From: Octopus sinensis
Taxonomy: Eukaryota
Assembly: GCF_006345805.1 (NCBI RefSeq)
Contig: NC_042998.1
Location: 170,748,001-170,812,000, forward strand
Reading direction: 5' to 3'
DNA length: 64,000 nt
Shown: piece by piece, positions 25,990 through 39,262 of the stretch
How the letters are laid out: each line of letters begins with the position of its first letter
Numbering within the stretch: position 1 is the first letter of the stretch
The notes under the pieces: generated by a model
What the model was told of the DNA's origin: nothing
Seen by the model: the letters and a program-made list of their open reading frames with translations, nothing else
The model's database searches: none
Translations under genes and position numbers: made by a program

Positions 25990-26764
25990 AGAGTAAATTT
26001 ATTCAATAAAATCGCCATTGATTTCAACCACGGCTTCCAGATGACTTCGGAATCTCCTGCAACTCTTCTGGACGGTCTCCTTGTTTAAGCTGGTGAATGC
26101 TGCCATAACCCCTGCCTTCAGTTCATCTTGGGTGTTACAAGAAGTTTTGCTGGTCTCCCGCTTAACTGTGCCCCACACATAATAATCAAAGGTGCTGCAG
26201 TCTGGGGTGTTAAGTGGCCAGATGTTAGGTGTGGTGTGGTGACAGAAATTGTCTGACAGTTATGACTGGGTTCTCCTGCTTGTGTGGCATGGTGCAGAGT
26301 CCTGTTGCCAGACATAGGGTCTTCTAGCAGCCACCCTCTCAACCCAGGGCAGCACTACCTCCTCCAGGCACTTGATGTAGGCCTCCATGTTGAGTCTGAG
26401 GCTATGTGGGAAGATGAATGGAGGTATAACGTTGCCTTCACTAATGATCACTCCAAACACCATGATGTTGACTGGATGTTTGATTTTTATCACTCTTGGT
26501 ACATGTTTTGGGGACACAGTAAGCCAACAGTTGTTCTGTGTGTTCACCATCCATTTGTATTGGAGTTTCCGGTGCAAATGCCAAGCAGTACAGCATGCCA
26601 TTTCCAAATTTCTGGCAGAGTGAATTGCGTCATGGTGCTTTTTTTCTCACAGACAGTACCCAACTGACCCTACTATACTGTGTTGTCAACAAAATCAAAA
26701 ACAAACAATGTGCATGCGCGAAATTAAAAATATACAATGGCAACAATTTATCCATCACACCCTA
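25990..26764 (-). mobile_element. Internally deleted Tc1/mariner element, probably maT (DD37D-like)
   Basis: VWQQDSAPCHTS and WP..PD....DYYVWG catalytic-domain motifs. A TIR-like AGGGTGTGATGGATAAATTGTTGCC sits next to TA at about 26764. Confidence 0.75.
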
Positions 26765-28566
26765 TATATATATATATATATATACTAGCAGAGATACCTG
26801 GCCTTGCCTGGAATTAAAATGGCATAGTCTTTTTATTGTTTTACTTGTTTCAGTCTTGTGACAGCAGCCATGCTGGAGCACTATCGCTGGTTGAGCAAAT
26901 CAACAACAGGATTTATTCTTTGTAAGCCTAGTACTTATTCTATCAGTGTAGTTTTACCGAATCGCTAAGTAATGGGAATGTAAACACAGCAACATCGGTT
27001 GTCAAGCAATGGTGGGGATACAAACACAGACAGACACACACACACACAAATATACACATATATATGAGAGCTGCCGTACAGTGGGACAGAACCCGGAATC
27101 ATGTGGTTGGGAAGCAAACTTCTTAACCACACTGTCTTGTGTATGTGTGTGTATGTGTGTCTGTGTGTGAGTGCATGCGTGCATGAGTGAGAAAGAGAAA
27201 AAGACTTCTGTTTGTTCATAACTTTCCTGATTTAGCAGCACCAATTCTAAATCCTGTTACACCAAGACACTAGTATATTTGATGTTGCTAACAAATAGCA
27301 GACAGGGAGAAAGAGAAAGTGAGGTATGTGTGTCTGTTTGTATTAGCGGTCATTGACTCTCCTAAGTTCATTTGCCCTTCAACAGGTTCTGCTTTTCAAC
27401 CATCCTGCAGTATGACTAAAAATCACCCACTTCACAAAACAGGCAACCATCCAAGAACATGTATGGGATTCCTGATAGACTTTCACACAGTTTCAGTTTA
27501 ACAGACAAATAAGCACACATATATATACAAACACACATACATACATACTTGAGATATTTTGTTCCAAAACAAATCTTCTGATAACATAAATTATGAATTT
27601 CAATCTAAGTATTGTTGCACTAAAGTAAGATGGAGATAGATAAAGTGGGTGAAATAGAGAAAATCATCATCATCATTGTTTAACGTCCGCTTTCCATGTT
27701 AGCATGGGTTGGACGGTTCAACTGGGGTCTGGGAAGCCAGAAGGCTGCACCAGGCCCAGTCTGATCTGGCAGTGTTTCTGCAGCTGGATGCCCTTCCTAA
27801 CGCCAACCACTCTGTGAGTGTAGTGGGTGCTTTTTACATGCCACCAGCATGGAGACCAGATGAAGCTGGCAAACGGCCACGATCGGATGGTGCTTTTTAC
27901 GTGCCACCGGCACAAAGGCCAGTTGGGGCGGCGCTGGCAACAGCTACGTTCGGATGGTTCTCTTATGTGCCACCAGCACTGGTATCACAGCTACAAATTC
28001 CATTGATGTTGATCAATTAGAGTGTAAAAGAAACACAACAGGTGCTCTGACCCATAGTCCCAAATCTTCAGCCCGCTCCCCACAGCTTTTTTGCCTCTTC
28101 AACACCTCTTTCCTTCAAGGACTCCATCAGGATTCCTCTTTGCCCGAGTTTATTACTCCCTTCATGTTTATTACTCCTTTTTAATTCACCACTCCTTACA
28201 CAACCACCCCTATCATCTTTCAACTCTATTCTCCAAATCCCTATTCCCTGCCATACTCTCTTCTTTCTTATCATACCTCTTCCTTCTGCCTAGAATCATC
28301 ACCCACTCTTCTAATGTCCCTCAGTTGTAAATAGCGTTCACTTTTGGCCCTTAGCCTTGCAAATTACAAGATGATTTTCACTGGTGATGGTACCTTGGAA
28401 AAAGAAAAAAGCACCCAGAACACTCTATAAAAGAGCTAATGTTAGGAAGGGTATCCAGCTACAGAAACCATACCAAAGTTGTCATTGGAACATGATACAA
28501 TCCACTGAATCATTGGATCCTGTCAAATCAGGCAACCCATGCAAGCTACCTTTAATGATGATATGC

Positions 28567-28597
<31 letters not shown>

Positions 28598-28855
28598 CAC
28601 ATGTGCAAGTTTATGCCTCCTTGCTTTGATATTGTATGGTGGAAGGAAGACTGGAAATGACGAGAGATGATGTTATGTCAGTGAGGGAAAAGAAAAGTTT
28701 TTCCCTGTGCTTGGTTTTTCCTGGGGATGCATGCAGTGACAGATGCCAGTCATGGAGATAGAGAGGTTGTGATAATACGGGTAAAGAATTGATCAAACTG
28801 CAAGTCGATCACGCTCGGATGTGCTTTTAACGTTCCACTTGCACAAGTGATAGTC

Positions 28856-29093
28856 AGGTGGCGAGCTGGCAGAAACGTTAGCACGCCGGGCGAAATGCGT
28901 AGCCGTATTTCGTCTGCCGCTACGTTCTGAGTTCAAATTCCGCCGAGGTCGACTTTGCCTTTCATCCTTTCGGGGTCGATTAAATAAGTACCAGTTACGC
29001 ACTGGAGTCGATATAATCGACTTAATCCGTTTGTCTGTCCCTGTTTGTCCTCTCTGTGCTTAGCCCCTTGTGGGTAGTAAAGAAATAGGTATT
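28856..29093 (+). mobile_element. Young tRNA-derived SINE (family C; degraded minus-strand copies about 965-1172, 9410-9625, 19485-19700, 20410-20625, 59135-59335, 62815-63090)
   Basis: Head GGCGAGCTGGCAGAAACGTTAGC...GAGTTCAAATTCCGCC with A/B boxes and all CpGs intact; nested in an RTE-tail remnant. Confidence 0.85.
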
Positions 29094-29749
29094 GTCATTG
29101 GCCACGTCAGCGATCTTGATTTGTTTTCACTTGCCTCAAGCAAAGTTCATATGCGTATATATAAGTCAGTAAATGGTGGGGTTGTATCATCATCATCATC
29201 ATTTAACATCTACATGGATTGGACAGTCTGACATGGAGCTGTCCAGACTCCAATTACTGTTGTGGCATGGTTTCTATGGCTGGATGCCCTTCCCAATGCC
29301 AACCACTTAACAGTGTGCTGGATACTTTTTACGTCCCACCAGCATATCACATATCTTCTATAAATTATAACTGGTTCCATAACACATCCTAATCTACTGG
29401 GTACAAGCATATTATTTACCAGCAGCATTTAATACCTTCTAATTCTTACTCAATAATATTCCTTGAATTTGTATCTTTTCTCAGATTAAATCCATCTTCA
29501 TGTAATTTTACTTTTCAATTTTCATGCAACTTTAGTTCCAATTGCTCTTTTAGCTTTTATTTGTTTCAGTCATTGAAATGTGACCATGGTGGGGCACCAT
29601 CTTGAAATAAACCAACTTCAGTACTTATGTTTTTCTAAGTCTGGTACTTATTCTATTGGTCTCTTTTGCTGAGCTACAAAGTTATGAGGACGTAAACAAA
29701 CCAACAGTTGTTGAGTGGTGTGTGACACAAAGACACACACATATATATA

Positions 29750-29802
<53 letters not shown>

Positions 29803-30117
29803 ATATATGATTGTACTTTATAATCTCTGATGAGGCCTAGAGATATATATAAGTACCTCATTTTCAACTGCCTATTACCTCAATTCACTTGACTAATATA
29901 GGCAGAATGAAATGCTTTTATCTATGGGCTGAAACAGCTGTAAGTGATTTTAATAATTTATATTCATGTTTTTTAATAATTACTTGTATTCTTATTTTAT
30001 ATGCATAGAATAATATAGTATATGTATGTGTTATTATAATTATCAATTTAATAAATAAATAAGTTAACATTTTAATATCCTAAAGTTAATGAACCAACTA
30101 ATGTGCTTCTCCATTTG

Positions 30118-30170
<53 letters not shown>

Positions 30171-31899
30171 TTGGGCTTCCACACAGTTTCCATCTACCAA
30201 TTTCACTTACAAGAAGCTATAGTAGAAGGCACTTGCCCAAGGTGTCACACAATGTTAAATTAGTACAAATATTTCACACTGAACAATCACAGAAATACCA
30301 TTTTGTTAGAAGGATGGACCTATTTGCTCGTGATAATGTTCTTTGAGCTCAAAACTGTCATGTCAACCATTACATTCCATGTTCAGTCAGGATCATTGAG
30401 ACTGATGTAAGAGTTGGTTTTCTTACTCTATTTTGCATATATCTTAGAATGAAAATGTAACCCTTTTTCTGGCTTAATGCTACCACCAGGACTTTGAGTG
30501 CCTGCCAGTGACACGTAAAGGGCACCAACTATATCCTGCGGAGTGGTTGACATTAGGAAGGGCATTCAGCCTTAGAAAGCAAGCCAAAACAGACTGAAGC
30601 CTGGAGCAGATTTCTAGCTTACCAAGTTCCAGTCATACCGTCCAATCCATGCACTTGGAAAACAGATGCTAAATGATGGTGATGATGATTATGAAGATTT
30701 TAAGATGTAAGTTTCAGAGAATTCACTATTAACTTTGATAAAACAATGATACACAGAGAAATGTGTTGGACATATTAAATGATAATGAGGAGATGCTGCT
30801 GTAGTAAATTAGAGATTATAGGCTTGTATGATGAACAGCAGGTTTGAAAGCTGGAAGAAATACCAGTGTGGTACATGTTCCACTGGAATAGCACAAATTC
30901 TTTCTCAATACTTTTACCACTGGAAATGCAGTCAACTAAGAATCAGTCTTTGGAAACCTTTAACCAACAAAGCTATTACTCATAAGATATTAAGCCTTTA
31001 ACTGCAAAATTAAACTTCATCATTATTACAGTAATATTGGTATTTTCTGCAAGTCATGTTACTTCCATAAACTTGACATATCATCATCATCTCAACATAA
31101 AATAGTTTCAAACACAACATTCCTCAACAAAAGATGGATTGCTTCCTGCAATTAAGGGTAATGAAATTTCGTGTGAATATAACTGATTTCTGCAATAAAA
31201 AAGTTAAAAATAAATACTAATTGCTTTATCTCTTTCCTTTTTGCATAACTGCCAGAGTAACTAATGATGGCAGTGGATATCTCTTACTTACCACACCATG
31301 TTCCAGTGTAACCAGGGATAACACAGTCCAACCCTCACATCTTTCCAACTCCACATTTCTCATTCATATAACCCTACCTTTGTCACTCATCACAAAGTAT
31401 ATGCATAAAGAATTATGAATCAGAAACTCTATTACCCATTCTACACTTCCCATCATTACTGCCTTGACCCTGGGCTAATCATTATTGATATTCATCACAT
31501 ACCATTTATCAACCTCTATTACTATCCAACATTCTCACCTCCTTTACCACTCTTTCTTCTCAATCAGTGTTTCTACTATCACTCTTGCTCCCTTCACGCA
31601 TTCATCGCTCTCTTAGCCTTGAACGAATGAATACAATAAAAAAAAATGTAAAAACTGTACTCCAATTAATCATGTGGAGTACTAGGCAAACTCCACAAAT
31701 GTTGATGTCACTATAAAGTCCCTGTAGAACAATAGGCAAATGAGTGGATATGTGGTGTTAAGATTCTTTAGTCATGAACATGCTTTTCTCTCAAGTGTCT
31801 ATACTATGCTCCCATTACACGCTGTAAAGTGCTGGTGATAGGAAGGGAATCCAACCATAGCTGACATTGCAGGTAACAACAACAGTTTCAACAAATTTC

Positions 31900-32190
31900 T
31901 CCAAGAGAAAGCTCAATGGTGAGTGGCTTAGGAGAGATCTCCAGTTGATCTGGTTTTGCAAAAGGCATATTGATGATCATTAAAGACGCAGAGGGATCCA
32001 AGGGGGTAAGAGAAAAGATTATCTTCATCACCTTTGATATGTTGGAAGTGTGATAGAACAACAGTTGGCAAGGTTAGAAGTAATTGGGAGATGGGGACGC
32101 AGTGTAGTAAGGGTCTAAAGATTGGAATATATTCGTGTAGAGATCGAAGAGCTTGGTAAGGATAGAGGTTAGCTCTGAAGTGCATAGTTT
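31900..32190 (-). mobile_element. Possible L2/CR1 endonuclease remnant
   Basis: IFRP and LPTVVLSHFQHI loosely resemble APE IYRPP and PTIILGDFNIH. Confidence 0.35.
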
Positions 32191-32631
32191 GAGGGTAATG
32201 GAAATGTTGCTTAATTTAAACAATAAATAGATGTAATATCTTTAAATAATTGTTCAAATCTATAATTAAGTAAGGAAGACATAATGCTACAAATGTGTGA
32301 GAGATAAGTACCGCTGTTTACTTCATTTCTGAATGAAATTTCAGTAGGTTTCTGAAGATCTTGGAGTTGGTTTTAAGCATTTTTTAAATTACAGTAGCTG
32401 ATATAATTACAATACAGATGCATTGCAAAACTGTTTTGCCAGAAACAACAGTTGTAAGTGACATCTGGCCATCATACATCAAACTATTTAGTTTTTAACA
32501 CATATTGTTAATTGACCACTAAATATTAGTGATGCATGTACATACGCAACTACAAACCATGTTGAATTGGTGTAGAATTGTGCAAAAAGTAGAAATAAAG
32601 AAAACATATGTATATCTATCTATACATACAT

Positions 32632-32678
<47 letters not shown>

Positions 32679-32680
<2 letters not shown>

Positions 32681-33800
32681 AGAGAATTACAAAATTATCA
32701 GCGAATAAAGACGTTTTTAATACCCATTCCCATTACTACAACTTCACTTTGTCTAAGGCAGGATATGACAAGGAAATTACTTTTCTTAGTCCTGAAAGTA
32801 TAGCACCTAATTATAGTGAAAATACTGAGATTTTAAGTGATAGAGGGATTACAAACTTACTTGGTCAGGAAAACATACCAACTAGAAAAACATCCAGCAA
32901 ACCCATTAATTTAAATAAAAAAATAAGCAACAACAGGAAATCAGATGCTATAACAAGTAGGAATTTTAGTTTAGATAATAAGGGTGGTAAAGAGACTGGA
33001 CAGGTTGCTCTACCCTTTAAGGATAAGAAAAATACTGGTAATAGAGACATACCTAATAATCAAGTCACGATTTCGAGACGCATTGAGAGAACAGGTAGAT
33101 TCCGCCCTTACATGCGCCATAAGTCTGAAAATAAGGACTTAATCTGGTATAACGTTCCCTTCAACTGTGCCATTTTCATAAACATATATAGGAAACTTAT
33201 GCCAATTTTAGAAAAAAACTTCCCTGCTTCCCATAGATATAACAGAATTTTTCCCATAACACAGTTAGAATCTAATATTCTACTCTCCCCAATATGGGTA
33301 CCATCATAGCAAGGATAAATAGAAAGAATATTAAATTAGCAAGAGGTGGTAATAAAATTAATGCTACTGTCAACACTAACTTAAACCCCTACAATGTGAA
33401 TAATAATATTAATGGTGACGTAGAAAATAGAAACAGCGGTACTAATGCTTCTAATATGCACAATATTGACTGTAGCTCTAAGGTCTATACTAGCACAGGG
33501 ATTACTGATACGCCTGATGATGCTAGGATGAATGTGAATGATACTACAATTGAAGGATGGAGAGATAATACCAGATATGAAAATAACACATACAATAGTA
33601 GTAGTACGATTAATATTAACAGTGATACTGATACTAATAATGGTATGAATATCAATAATATTAATAGTAGTAATTCTCCTAGTAGCAATTGTAGAGTTAA
33701 ATCTCACTGTCTGTTATTAGGCCGATGTCTAATCCAAAACGTAATCTATAAGTGTACAATCACAACTGTAGCTGGTAACTTTGTATATATATAGGATGTT
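32679..33800 (+). mobile_element. Penelope-like element fragment: RT C-terminus, Asn-rich linker, start of GIY-YIG endonuclease
   Basis: KRITKLS.N..VF...YN..L..AGY, LIWYNVPF, LPNMGTII, and NCRVKSHCLLLGRCLIQNVIYKCTITT...VYIG. Frameshift near 33270-33294; cut by an RTE tail insertion. Confidence 0.85.
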
Positions 33801-33802
33801 CA

Positions 33803-34400
33803 ATCATCATCATCATCGTTTAACGTCCGCTTTCCATGCTAGCTGAGGTCTGGTGAACCAGATAGCTGCACCAGGCTCCAATCTGATCTGGCAGAGTTTC
33901 TACAGCTGGATGCCCTTCCTAATGCCAACCACTCTGAGAGTGTAGTGGGTGCTTTTACATGCCACCAGCACGAGGGCCAGTCAGGCGGTACTGGCAACGG
34001 CCATGCTCAAATGGTGTTTTTTACATGCCACCTGCACAGGAGCCAGTCCAGTGGCACTGGCAACAACCTCGCTCGAATGTTTTTTCACGTGCCAGTAAGG
34101 CAACGCTGGTAATGATCACGCTCAAATGGTGCTTTTTACATGCCACTGGCACAGAAGCCAGTTAGCTGCTCTAGCAACGATCATGCTTGGATGGTGCTCT
34201 TAGTGCTCCATAAGTACGGATGCCAGTCATCGAATTTGATTTTGATTTCACTTGCCTCAACAGGTCTTCGCAAGCAGAGTTTAGTGTCCAATGAAGAAAA
34301 GGTACACATAAGTGGGCTGGTTACACCCCTGGCATAGGCCCCGAGGTTATGGTTTCACTTGGGTTGCCAGGTCTTCTCAAGCACAGCATATTTCCAAAGG
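33803..34400 (-). mobile_element. RTE 3' UTR/tail inserted into the Penelope fragment
   Basis: Inverted (CAT)n tail starts where the PLE reading frame (..VYIG) stops. Confidence 0.8.
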
Positions 34401-34884
34401 TCTCATTCACCATTTTTCATCTTTTAGGCTCAAACATAAGGCCAACTGTACGTCCTTATCTAGCAAGATTTGGAAACTGAAGACAAGCAGAATCAAATTT
34501 AGCCTTAAATGGGATGTTATAAGGAAAGCACAGCCTTATAGACATAGTCGATATGGGTGTGAGCTGTGATCTATGAAAACTTATGAAATTTTTAAGTATA
34601 GGGACAAGAGCAACCTGGTTAATAATAGATTAGACTTAAGGGTATCATGTGTACATAAGGTCACCCGTACATTTAAATATTTTCGAAATTAATGTTTAAA
34701 GGTGCTACACTTGAACCTGGATAAGGGAAATTAATTTTTAGTGTCATATCTGATGTGAACTTATCTCCTAGTATTATATATAATATGTTATATGTATTTT
34801 CTTACTATTCTCTATAATTTCCTTTTTTTAAAATTATTTTGATACCTTTACCTATTAATCTCTTATAAGTTATTAATATTCTAT

Positions 34885-35043
34885 AGGCGTAGGAGCGGCT
34901 GTGTGGTAAGTAGCTTGCTTATGAACCACATGGTCTGGGTTCAATCCCACTGCGTGGCACCTTGGGAAGTGTCTTCTATAGCCTCGGGCCGTCAAAATCT
35001 TTGTGAGCGGATTTGGTAGACAGAAACTGAAAGAAGCCCATCG

Positions 35044-35090
<47 letters not shown>

Positions 35091-35275
35091 AAACATCGCT
35101 TGACAACTGATGCTGGTGTGTTTATGTTCCCGTAACTTGGCGGTTCGGCATAAGAGACCGATAGAATAAGTACTAGGCTTACAAAGAATAAGTCCTGGGG
35201 TCAATTTGCTCAACTAAAAGGCGGTGCTCCAGCATGGCCACAGTCAAATGACTGAAACAAGTAAAAGAGTAAAAG
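34885..35275 (+). mobile_element. tRNA-headed SINE with CORE-like GGCACCTTGGGCAAGTG segment (family B)
   Basis: GGAG.GGCTGTGTGGTAAG head, internal (TA)n(TG)n tract, tail ...ACTGAAACAAGTAAAAGAG. Confidence 0.85.
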
Positions 35276-35351
35276 GGAGATACAAACTTTCTAGTTACTT
35301 AAGTCTATGAGAGTTGATTAGAACATACCCATAATAGTACAAATATTTGTA

Positions 35352-35730
35352 TACTCTTTTACTTGTTTCAGTCGTTTGACTGTGGCCACGCTGGAGCATC
35401 GCCTTTAGTCGAGCAAATCATCCCCAGGACTTATTCTTTGTAAGCCTAGTACTTATTCTATCGGTCTCTTTTGCAGAACCGCTAAGTTACAGGGACGTAA
35501 ACACACCAGCATCGGTTGTCAAGCGATGTTGGAGGGAAAAACAGATACACAAACACACACATATATATACAACAGGCTCCTTTCAGTTTCCGTTTACCTC
35601 ATCCACTCACAAGGCTTTGATTGGCCTGAGGCTATAGAAGACACTTGCCCAAGGTGTCACACAGTGGGACTGAACCCAGAACCATGTAGTTCGTAAGCAA
35701 GCTACTTACCACACAGCCACTCCTACACCT
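35352..35730 (-). mobile_element. Family B SINE, inverted relative to 34885-35275
   Basis: Reverse complement of the same consensus. Confidence 0.85.
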
Positions 35731-35869
35731 AAGTACACACACGTATGTGTGCACATAGTTAAATATGTGTATGTATCTGTGCACAACTTATTTTTTCCAA
35801 TTTTTTTCCTGATTCTTAGCTTATAATTAATACAAAGCATGATTTATCACTCCAGTATTCTATAAGTAA

Positions 35870-36520
35870 ATACCCAGATCAATCTTTATAGAAACCACCT
35901 AATAAGTAAATAATTAAGTACAGGAATAGATATTAAACTAATTCTATGTAATCTTCCCTTTCTAATGTTGAAAATTAGTATATATACACATTTTATCTAT
36001 TCTGGTTATAATTTCATTTTTAGTAATCTTAAATTTTATCTTTATACAACATAACAATATTGTTTATAAACAATCATACATAGTACCCCATGATAATTTC
36101 CTCTGTATTAACATAATAGGTTTTATTAGCATCTTACCCCCTTTAACTGGTAATTAACATCTTGATTTGGGATCTTCCCCTACCCAGCCTCTTTTATAGA
36201 CAATTACTTACACAAATCCTAAAATCCTGACAATATTTATGACCATAACCAACTATATACTGTCAACTCACTCTTGCCTCCATTCTAAACAGACACTGTC
36301 GAGCCTTAGATTTGGTAGTTGATAAAAAAAGACCAATAAATTAAAAATGAACCACAATCCTATACAAGCTATGACCATAACAAACTTCATACAGTTCTTA
36401 GAAGTGTAGTATATTCTTAGCTATATTAGTAGCAACATGGACTCTTTCCCTCTTCTTGCTCTATTAGAGAATTTGAGTAAAATTATATTAATGTGTCCAA
36501 CTGATTAAAAATTCTATTTA
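35870..36520 (+). mobile_element. Highly decayed Penelope-like RT remnant
   Basis: Fragmentary similarity (NNIVYKQ.., INIL..I) to PLE RT motifs, with many stops and frameshifts. Confidence 0.35.
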
Positions 36521-36554
36521 TTTATGCAGCTGAGGATAGCCCTGCATTTAAATT

Positions 36555-38289
36555 CTGGAGATTGACGAATGGCTAATAAGGGCTGTACAGGCTCTATACA
36601 AAGAGGCTGTCAGCAAGGTTAGGATTGGCAACGAATATAGTGAAGAATTCCGGGTAGAAGTAGGTGTACACCAAGGCTCAGCCCTCAGTCCCATTTTATT
36701 CATCATAGTCCTCCAGGCAATAACAGAGGAATTCAAAACAGGATGCCCCTGGGAGCTCCTCTATGCTGATGACCTGGCTCTCAGCAGAATCACTACCGGA
36801 ACTAGAAAAGAAATTTCGGGTGTGGAAGCAAGGGTTAGAATCAAAGGGCCTTAGAGTAAATGTAGCAAAGACCAAAGTTATAGTAAGCAGAAAGGCGAAC
36901 TCAGCATACACACCCTCGGGCAGGTGGCCCTGCTCGATCTGTAGGAAAGGTGTAGGTAGAAACTCAATAAGATGCACCCAATGTAAGCTATGGATGTATA
37001 AGAGGTGCAGCAACATCAAAGGGAAATTAACTGATAAGATAGCTTTCATGTGCGGCAGATGCACAGGGACAATAGACACCACAGACACTCAGAAAACAGA
37101 TTCCATCACACTCCAGGGGGAGAAACTAGAAGTAGTTGATAGTTTCCGCTACCTGGGTGACCAAGTTAGTAGTGGAGGTGGATGCTCAGAGAGTATCACC
37201 ACTACAATACGAATAGCCTGGGCAAAGTTCAGAAAGCTCCTACCCCTACTGGCGACAAAGGGTTTCTCGCTCAGAGTGAAAGGTAGATTGTATGATGCAT
37301 GTGTGCGAACTGCCATGCTTCACGGTAGTGAAACATGGGCTGTGACTGCAGAGGACATGCGTAGACTTGAAAGAAATGAAGCTAGCATGATCCGCTGGAT
37401 GTGTAATGTCAGTGTGCACGCACGACAGAGTGTAAGCACCCTGAGAGAAATGCTGGACATAAGAAGCATCAGATGTGGTGTGCAAGAGCGACACTTGCGA
37501 TGGTATGGTCATGTACTGCGGATGGATGAGGAGAGATGTGTGAAGAAGTGCCACTCCCAAACAGTTGAAGGTATCAGGGGGAGAGGTAGACCCAGGAAGA
37601 CATGAGATGAGGTAGTCAAGCATGACCTCAGAGCGTTGGGCCTCACTGAGGCAATGGCGAAGCACCGAGATCTCTGGAGATATGCTGTGACTGCAAAGGC
37701 CCGGGTTGCTTCCTGCACCAGTTCCGCATAGCCCCTGCCCATTCAAAGTACCCTGGATTCCAGAACGTCCCACTGTGCTTGAGGAGACCTGTTGAGTCAA
37801 GAACATGAACATCGAAATAAATATCAATGGAAATAGTAGTTGTGATACCTGTGCCGGTGGCACATAAAAAGCACCATCCGAACGTGGCCGTTGCCAGCAC
37901 CGCCTTGACTGGCTTCTGTGCCAGTAGAACATAAAAAGCACCATCCAAACGTGGCCAATGCCAGCGCCGCCCCGACTGGCACATAAAAACCACCATCCGA
38001 ATGTGGTCGTTGCCAGCGCCACCTTGGCTGGCTTCTGTGCTGGTGGCACGTTAAAAGCTCCAACCAATTGTGGCCGATGCCGGAACCCCCTGGCAACTGT
38101 GCAGGTGGCACGTAAAAAGCACCCACTACACTCGCGGAGTGGTTGGCGTTAGGAAGGGCATCCAGCTGTAGAAACTCTGCCAGATCAGACTGGAGCCTGG
38201 TGCAGCCCCTGGCTTCCCAGACCCCGGTCGAACCGTCCAACCCATGCTAGCGCGGAAAACGGACGTTAAATGATGATCATGATCATGAT
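36555..38289 (+). mobile_element. 5'-truncated RTE-clade LINE: RT C-terminal half, hairpin-repeat 3' UTR, (ATG)n tail
   Basis: ELLYADDL, WPCSICRKGVG..C..C zinc-finger-like insert, HGSETW and GRGRP motifs, running into the 3' UTR and tail. Confidence 0.92.
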
Positions 38290-38524
38290 GATTGCATTGT
38301 TCAATTAAATGGAGCCGCTTGAAATGGTTGTACTGCATCACCTCTTGATATCCTGTTGCTATTTTGATATATATATATATATATATATATAGAAACATAT
38401 ACAATATAATGGAAGATACAGGAAAATAAAGAAAAATCTAAAGTTGTAGTACGTTATTACCTGGTGGAGATATAGAAAAACTTCGGGCCCGTTTTGATTT
38501 GCATGGAAATATATATATATATAT

Positions 38525-38873
38525 ATTGTTGGCACTCTGTCGGTTGCGATGACGAGAGTTCCAGTTGATCCGTTCAATGGAGCAGCCTGCTTGTAAAATT
38601 AACGTGCAAGTGGTTGAGCATTCCACAGACACGTGGACCCTTAACGTAGTTCTCGGGGGAGATTTAGCTTTGAAATACAGGTACAAAACAAACAGGAAGA
38701 TAGAGTGAGAGAAAGTTGTGGTGTACAGCAGGGTTCTCCACGAACCCCTGCTGGAGCCTCGTGGTACTTTAGGTGTTTTCGCTCAATAAACACTCACAAC
38801 GCCCGATCTGGGAATCAAAACCACGATCCTATGACCACTAGTCCGCTGCTTTAACCACTGGGCCATTGCGCCT
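38525..38873 (-). mobile_element. tRNA-derived SINE (family D)
   Basis: Minus-strand head GGCGCAATGGCCCAGTGGTTAAAGCAG...GGTTTTGATTCCCAG with A/B boxes. Confidence 0.7.
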
Positions 38874-38899
38874 TATATATTATACAATATATATACTAT

Positions 38900-39262
38900 A
38901 CAAATGCCAGAACTGGGCGCCACTGCATAGTGCCAAGGACTCCAAATTTGCCATCAAGATACTGTGATAGCCTGAGCTTCCGAGGCCCACAGCTCCTCAA
39001 TATCCTCCCGAAGAACCTAAGAGACCTGCATGGGGTGGATGCAGATGTCCTTAAAATGAAACTGGATCTCTTCTTGTCAGGTGTCCCAGATGAACCAACT
39101 TCACGACAGGAGGTGCAGATGAGGGCAGCTGCATCGAACTCTCTCATGCACCAGCTGGCATTTGCTAAAAGTATTCGTGAAGTAAAATCATGTAGCAACA
39201 CCAAATGGCAGTGCCCCAGCATGGCCACAGCTTGTGAGCTGAAACTAAATAAAATAAAATAA
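38900..39262 (+). mobile_element. CR1-clade LINE 3' end
   Basis: SLSFRGPQLLNILP..LR...FK..LD.FLS.VPDEP pattern. Confidence 0.7.

Noticed and set aside
29821-29860. CTGATGAGGCC hammerhead-like start
   Set aside because: No complementary helix II strand, GAAA or cleavage triplet follows; at best a truncated relic.
37246-38240. 273-aa and other minus-strand ORFs with MVLF/CHRH repeats
   Set aside because: Antisense frames of the GC-rich RTE 3' UTR repeats, recurring at every copy.
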